DNA of 36,581 nt from positions 1 through 36,581 of IMG/VR virus record IMGVR_UViG_3300035548_000135; one strand, given 5' to 3'. A program made the position numbers and the translations under genes. A model generated the notes under the pieces. That model did no database searches. It was given only the letters and a program-made list of their open reading frames with translations, and had not been told where the DNA came from. Numbering within the stretch: the first letter of the stretch is position 1; each line of letters begins with the position of its first letter. This DNA is from a virus (taxonomy: Duplodnaviria; Caudoviricetes). This document shows positions 33,331-36,581 of this stretch, piece after piece.

Positions 33331-34675
33331 TCACAACCCTCCGTGAGTGAGTCAGATTATTGAATGCTCCGCTTAATGCGTCTATTATATCATCATGTTT
33401 TCCTTCCGGAAAGCTTTCAAGCTCGTTTAAAAAAGAAGCGTTCCAGTCTGCTTTCTTTATTTTTATCAAATTGTTCTCAGCTGCGCTCGATACCGCTTCA
33501 GCCCGTGTTATCTTGTCCCCTGTCGGCCTGTGGGGTTTGAAGGTATATCCTGCAAGAAGGTTTGCGTATCGTGCAGAAGTTTCTTTTCCGGAACTGCCGC
33601 CTTCTTCCTCTATCATTATGTGGGTTTCCATTCCGTCCATTTGCGCGGTCTTTAAGATAGTCTTTTCCACTTTTGCAGGCGTCCCACGAAACCGTATCAT
33701 GTCGAACACATAATAAATCCCGTCGGGATCCCGTGCGAGAAGTATGCCTACCGTCCAGTCTGGGTCTGGATAGTCTGCGGTCGGTTCTGTCGCCGCCTTG
33801 TCCCAGTATCGTATGAATGTCAATTTTGTTTTTTCTTTTGTGTCAAAGAAGTCGAACCATTCACGTTTAAAGAACTGTCCTGCGCTTGGTCGTGCGTTCC
33901 AGTTTCCATGAAGAAGCTTTTGTTTCTCGTGTTCTGGAAGTGCCTTTAAGTTTGCAACATAGCTTGGATCTTTCTTTAATAGAATAGGATTGTCTGAAAG
34001 ATCGGCAGGAATGAACGTAAGGCTTTTCGGAACCATGTCCGTACCATACTGTTCTATGAGTTCCCATTTGTCATCTGCAAAATAAAGGGTGTTGTCAAGC
34101 CTGATGAAATACCTTATTTTTCCGCTTCTCTTTTTTATCGGAAGGCCTTTCTCGTCAAGCCACCAATCAATGAGGGTTCGCACGAAAGAGTCGGGATCGG
34201 GGTTTGTCGTTGCCCGTATATACGGCTTTACTCCGCACTTTGTCCTGTTTCTGCTTAGCATGTACCAGAATTGGCTTTCCTCGAACTGTGTCAGCTCATC
34301 GAAACAAATAAGCGGTATCTGAGAACCCTGCCAGTCGTACCTGTCCTTTTCATGTTCCATGTGGGAGAATTTTATCTTGTTTATGCTTCCGTGGTTATTC
34401 CAGAACCTCCATTCGAGAATGGACTGAAACGGCCGTCCTGCGAAATGGGGGTATATCTTTTCGGATTCACTCCACATGCCGCCTTCGCTTCTGATCATCG
34501 GGACTGTTCTTCTAAAGATCACTGCACCGAATCCCTTTATCTGCTTGATATACCTCAGTGGTTCCAAAAGCAATGCAAACGTCTTCCCCCCGCCTGCCGC
34601 ACCGCCGTAGATGGCTATGTCTGCGGTGCTTGATAGGAAGTCAGTCTGCGGTCCGGCTTGTGGGGCAAAGTTCAT
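33317..34675 (-). CDS. terL: Terminase large subunit
   Basis: Walker A GGAAGGGKT, Walker B ICFDE, ATTNP, nuclease motifs YWDKA, DWTVG and HDDIIDA. Confidence 0.96.
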   Translation of the reverse strand: MNFAPQAGPQTDFLSSTADIAIYGGAAGGGKTFALLLEPLRYIKQIKGFGAVIFRRTVPMIRSEGGMWSESEKIYPHFAGRPFQSILEWRFWNNHGSINKIKFSHMEHEKDRYDWQGSQIPLICFDELTQFEESQFWYMLSRNRTKCGVKPYIRATTNPDPDSFVRTLIDWWLDEKGLPIKKRSGKIRYFIRLDNTLYFADDKWELIEQYGTDMVPKSLTFIPADLSDNPILLKKDPSYVANLKALPEHEKQKLLHGNWNARPSAGQFFKREWFDFFDTKEKTKLTFIRYWDKAATEPTADYPDPDWTVGILLARDPDGIYYVFDMIRFRGTPAKVEKTILKTAQMDGMETHIMIEEEGGSSGKETSARYANLLAGYTFKPHRPTGDKITRAEAVSSAAENNLIKIKKADWNASFLNELESFPEGKHDDIIDALSGAFNNLTHSRRVVIGGY

Positions 34676-35034
34676 TCGTCATCGGTTTCAAGGCGTTTGT
34701 TGTCGGGAAGATACAAGTGCACTTCTCCCGAATGTTCCACATCATGTCGTATTTCCGCCTTGTCGCTCATGCCCAGCCAGTTCTTTGCAAGGAATATGAT
34801 GGCTGTGGTGTTGTTCCTTTTTATTGCGCTTTCATAAAGAGCTTTTCTAAGGCTTGTCTTTCCTTTTTGTCGCCCTCTGTTATATGCCTCGTTGAACTTC
34901 TTGTCCGTCTTTTTCCTCTTTGCGATAAGCGGCCGTGAAACACCTAACACCATTGCTATCTCTTCCTGCGTGCAATGAATGGAAGCGAGCCGTTCGACAA
35001 GCTCATAATCCAGTTCAAACTTTTTCCGTCCCAT
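34672..35034 (-). CDS. terS: Terminase small subunit
   Basis: HTH CTQEEIAMVLGVS, AIIFLAKNWLG; ATGA overlap with terL. Confidence 0.85.
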   Translation of the reverse strand: MGRKKFELDYELVERLASIHCTQEEIAMVLGVSRPLIAKRKKTDKKFNEAYNRGRQKGKTSLRKALYESAIKRNNTTAIIFLAKNWLGMSDKAEIRHDVEHSGEVHLYLPDNKRLETDDE

Positions 35035-35044
35035 CGTATGCCTC

Positions 35045-35632
35045 CTATTCTGTCAATTTATAAAATTCCGTCCGCACTTCCGGCTTCCAAAACGCACCGG
35101 AAATGGCGGATGTTATCATAAGTGGATTTGTTGCTTTTGTACCCCTCATTTCCATGCAGAGATGTTTTGCCTTTAGCACGACCATTACATCGTTTGTTCC
35201 GAGTTTTGATGTCAGTTCATTTTTTATCTGTTCTGTCAATCGTTCCTGTATCTGTGGTCGTGAGGCATATTTCTTTATCATGCGATCCAATTTCGAAATA
35301 CCACATACCCGGTCTTGCGGTATGTAGCCAATATAGGCACACCCGAAAAATGGAAGCAAGTGGTGTGAACAGAGGGAGTAAAACTTGTCTACTTTCAAAG
35401 CAACCATTTGATTGTAATTATCTTCGTTTGCAAACGTGGTGAACTCGAACTTCTGGTTTTCCGAGAATTCTTTGAAAACATTGAATATCCTTCGGGGTGT
35501 GTTCTCAAATTCCTCTTCAGTAAACAATGTTCCGAAATCATCTTCGAGTTTTTTCATGCACGTTCGTATAAGTTCTTCTGTTCTCATGGTGTTAGTATTC
35601 ATTATTGTTTCACCTTTACAACAACCCTGCAT
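35045..35632 (-). CDS. folE: GTP cyclohydrolase I
   Basis: TPRR, CSHHLLPF, GISK, PQIQERLT and HLCMEMRG motifs. Confidence 0.96.
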   Translation of the reverse strand: MQGCCKGETIMNTNTMRTEELIRTCMKKLEDDFGTLFTEEEFENTPRRIFNVFKEFSENQKFEFTTFANEDNYNQMVALKVDKFYSLCSHHLLPFFGCAYIGYIPQDRVCGISKLDRMIKKYASRPQIQERLTEQIKNELTSKLGTNDVMVVLKAKHLCMEMRGTKATNPLMITSAISGAFWKPEVRTEFYKLTE

Positions 35633-36143
35633 CTATCATCGCCTGACATGAATGGCATGTTCTACAAGGGGTATCATTTCCAGAATCACAAAAGTAAAAA
35701 GCAGTATTCGGTGCTATGCGTTTAAGTTCGGTGTGTATCTCTTCCTTAGTCATATGTTCTAGTGGGCAGATGATCCGCAAAGTATTGGGATAACTGTCAT
35801 TTATAAGTTCTTCCAACCTATATAGATACTCTCTTGAATTGTCTGTAAAGTTGTCATCGGCATTGTTGCCGAAGTATACTAAAATATTTTCGCCTATATA
35901 TTGTTCCCGTACTGCTATCATAAAACGCATATTTCGTCCAAAAAAGAAGTTTCGATCATCTTTTTTGAGGTCTGTTAAATGTATGGTGTGGTATGTTAAT
36001 GGTAATGCATTTAATATGGATAGTTCTTGTTCCTTGAATACTTGTCCGTAGTCAATGTACACATACTCAGATATTATATCTTTCTTTTGATGATATATTA
36101 ATAAAGAATCCAATCCGCCACTTAGTAAACAAATCTTTTTCAT
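35616..36143 (-). CDS. queC: QueC-like 7-cyano-7-deazaguanine synthase (compact, 175 aa)
   Basis: SGGLDS PP-loop, YGQ, GRN, PL..TKEEI and C-x7-CxxCxxC zinc motif. Confidence 0.88.
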   Translation of the reverse strand: MKKICLLSGGLDSLLIYHQKKDIISEYVYIDYGQVFKEQELSILNALPLTYHTIHLTDLKKDDRNFFFGRNMRFMIAVREQYIGENILVYFGNNADDNFTDNSREYLYRLEELINDSYPNTLRIICPLEHMTKEEIHTELKRIAPNTAFYFCDSGNDTPCRTCHSCQAMIDAGLL

Positions 36144-36581
36144 TTATTTCATCCCCATAAGGATATGCAGGCGCGGAGAGAAATTAACTCCGAGGTCTAT
36201 GCATCGTTCCCATACTTGTTTGTAGGTGTTTATATTTATATCTGTCGCTGTTGTGCATGGTTGTAACCATATTTTGCTTCTGTCCTCTGTATCGAGCAAT
36301 GTTGTGTCAAAGAACCCATCGACCAACTTCAGTTCATCGTATGGTATTCTTCGGTCAAACTTGCGTTTCGGTGAAACTGTTATCCAATCGAAAGAGGTTA
36401 TCCGTTCATCGTAGATCGTGCCGTTTGTCTCGAGATGATGTGTCAATTCCGGCGTATTGTGCAAGACCGTGTCTATTTCCCGTATTTGCAGCATGGGTTC
36501 GCCGCCAGTCCAGATAATAGTTTGCAGGTCGCCCTCATGCAGTATTTTTGTGAGTTGCGAAGGAGACAACGTATATGACCG
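36144..36581 (-). CDS. queE: QueE, 3' part (open to the window edge)
   Basis: WTGGEPMLQ, LETNGT, TVSPK, LQP and PRLH motifs; frame stays open to 36581. Confidence 0.93.
   Translation of the reverse strand, partial: RSYTLSPSQLTKILHEGDLQTIIWTGGEPMLQIREIDTVLHNTPELTHHLETNGTIYDERITSFDWITVSPKRKFDRRIPYDELKLVDGFFDTTLLDTEDRSKIWLQPCTTATDININTYKQVWERCIDLGVNFSPRLHILMGMK

Larger units (their letters stand above)
1..36581 (-). mobile_element. Near-complete genome of a tailed (Caudoviricetes, siphovirus-like) virus, probably archaeal
   Basis: Terminase, portal, HK97-type capsid, tail tube, tape measure and tail fibre in canonical order; genes tile the minus strand; both ends fall in the same gene (queE); BRE/TATA promoters and GAGGTGAT-type RBS (e.g. 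29607-29615). No tail sheath seen. Confidence 0.93.

Noticed and set aside
1325-36517. Numerous plus-strand ORFs in the track (e.g. 21819-22571, 20255-20866, 25189-25737)
   Set aside because: They are antisense shadows of well-supported minus-strand genes, with no motifs or convincing RBS.

Overview
The window reads as a nearly complete ~36.6 kb genome of a tailed, siphovirus-like dsDNA virus, opened inside queE, with essentially every gene on the minus strand. The host is most likely an archaeon: promoters are BRE+TATA type (e.g. AAAAAGATTTAAATA), several starts look leaderless, ribosome-binding sites are GAGGTGAT-type, regulators are ribbon-helix-helix and AbrB-like, there is an Hjc-like resolvase, and no recognisable endolysin. 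In transcription order the modules are: (1) a ParB-like / DpdA-TGT-like / queD / queE / queC / folE 7-deazaguanine DNA-modification cluster running directly into terS-terL; (2) a head module (portal, gp7-like protein, DUF2213-like protease-scaffold, decoration protein, encapsulin-like major capsid protein); (3) neck, tail tube, tail assembly chaperones, tape measure, hub/spike and a repeat-rich tail fibre; (4) a ~470 bp non-coding region with palindromes, direct repeats and a predicted structured RNA; (5) ~12 kb of small accessory genes split into cassettes by repeated promoters. No integrase, polymerase, helicase or primase was recognised. The most interesting signals are a predicted H-type pseudoknot RNA displaying a 16S-like anti-Shine-Dalgarno sequence (14471-14526), an influenza PA-X-like UCC_UUU_CG +1 frameshift motif in the tail chaperone genes (24502-24510), a candidate ring-nuclease-type anti-CRISPR (3847-4197), the packaging-linked deazaguanine operon, and a TTAGG-N4-CCTAA palindrome shared by the putative origin and the portal promoter. 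All protein family calls come from motif recognition by eye; no searches or computations were run.
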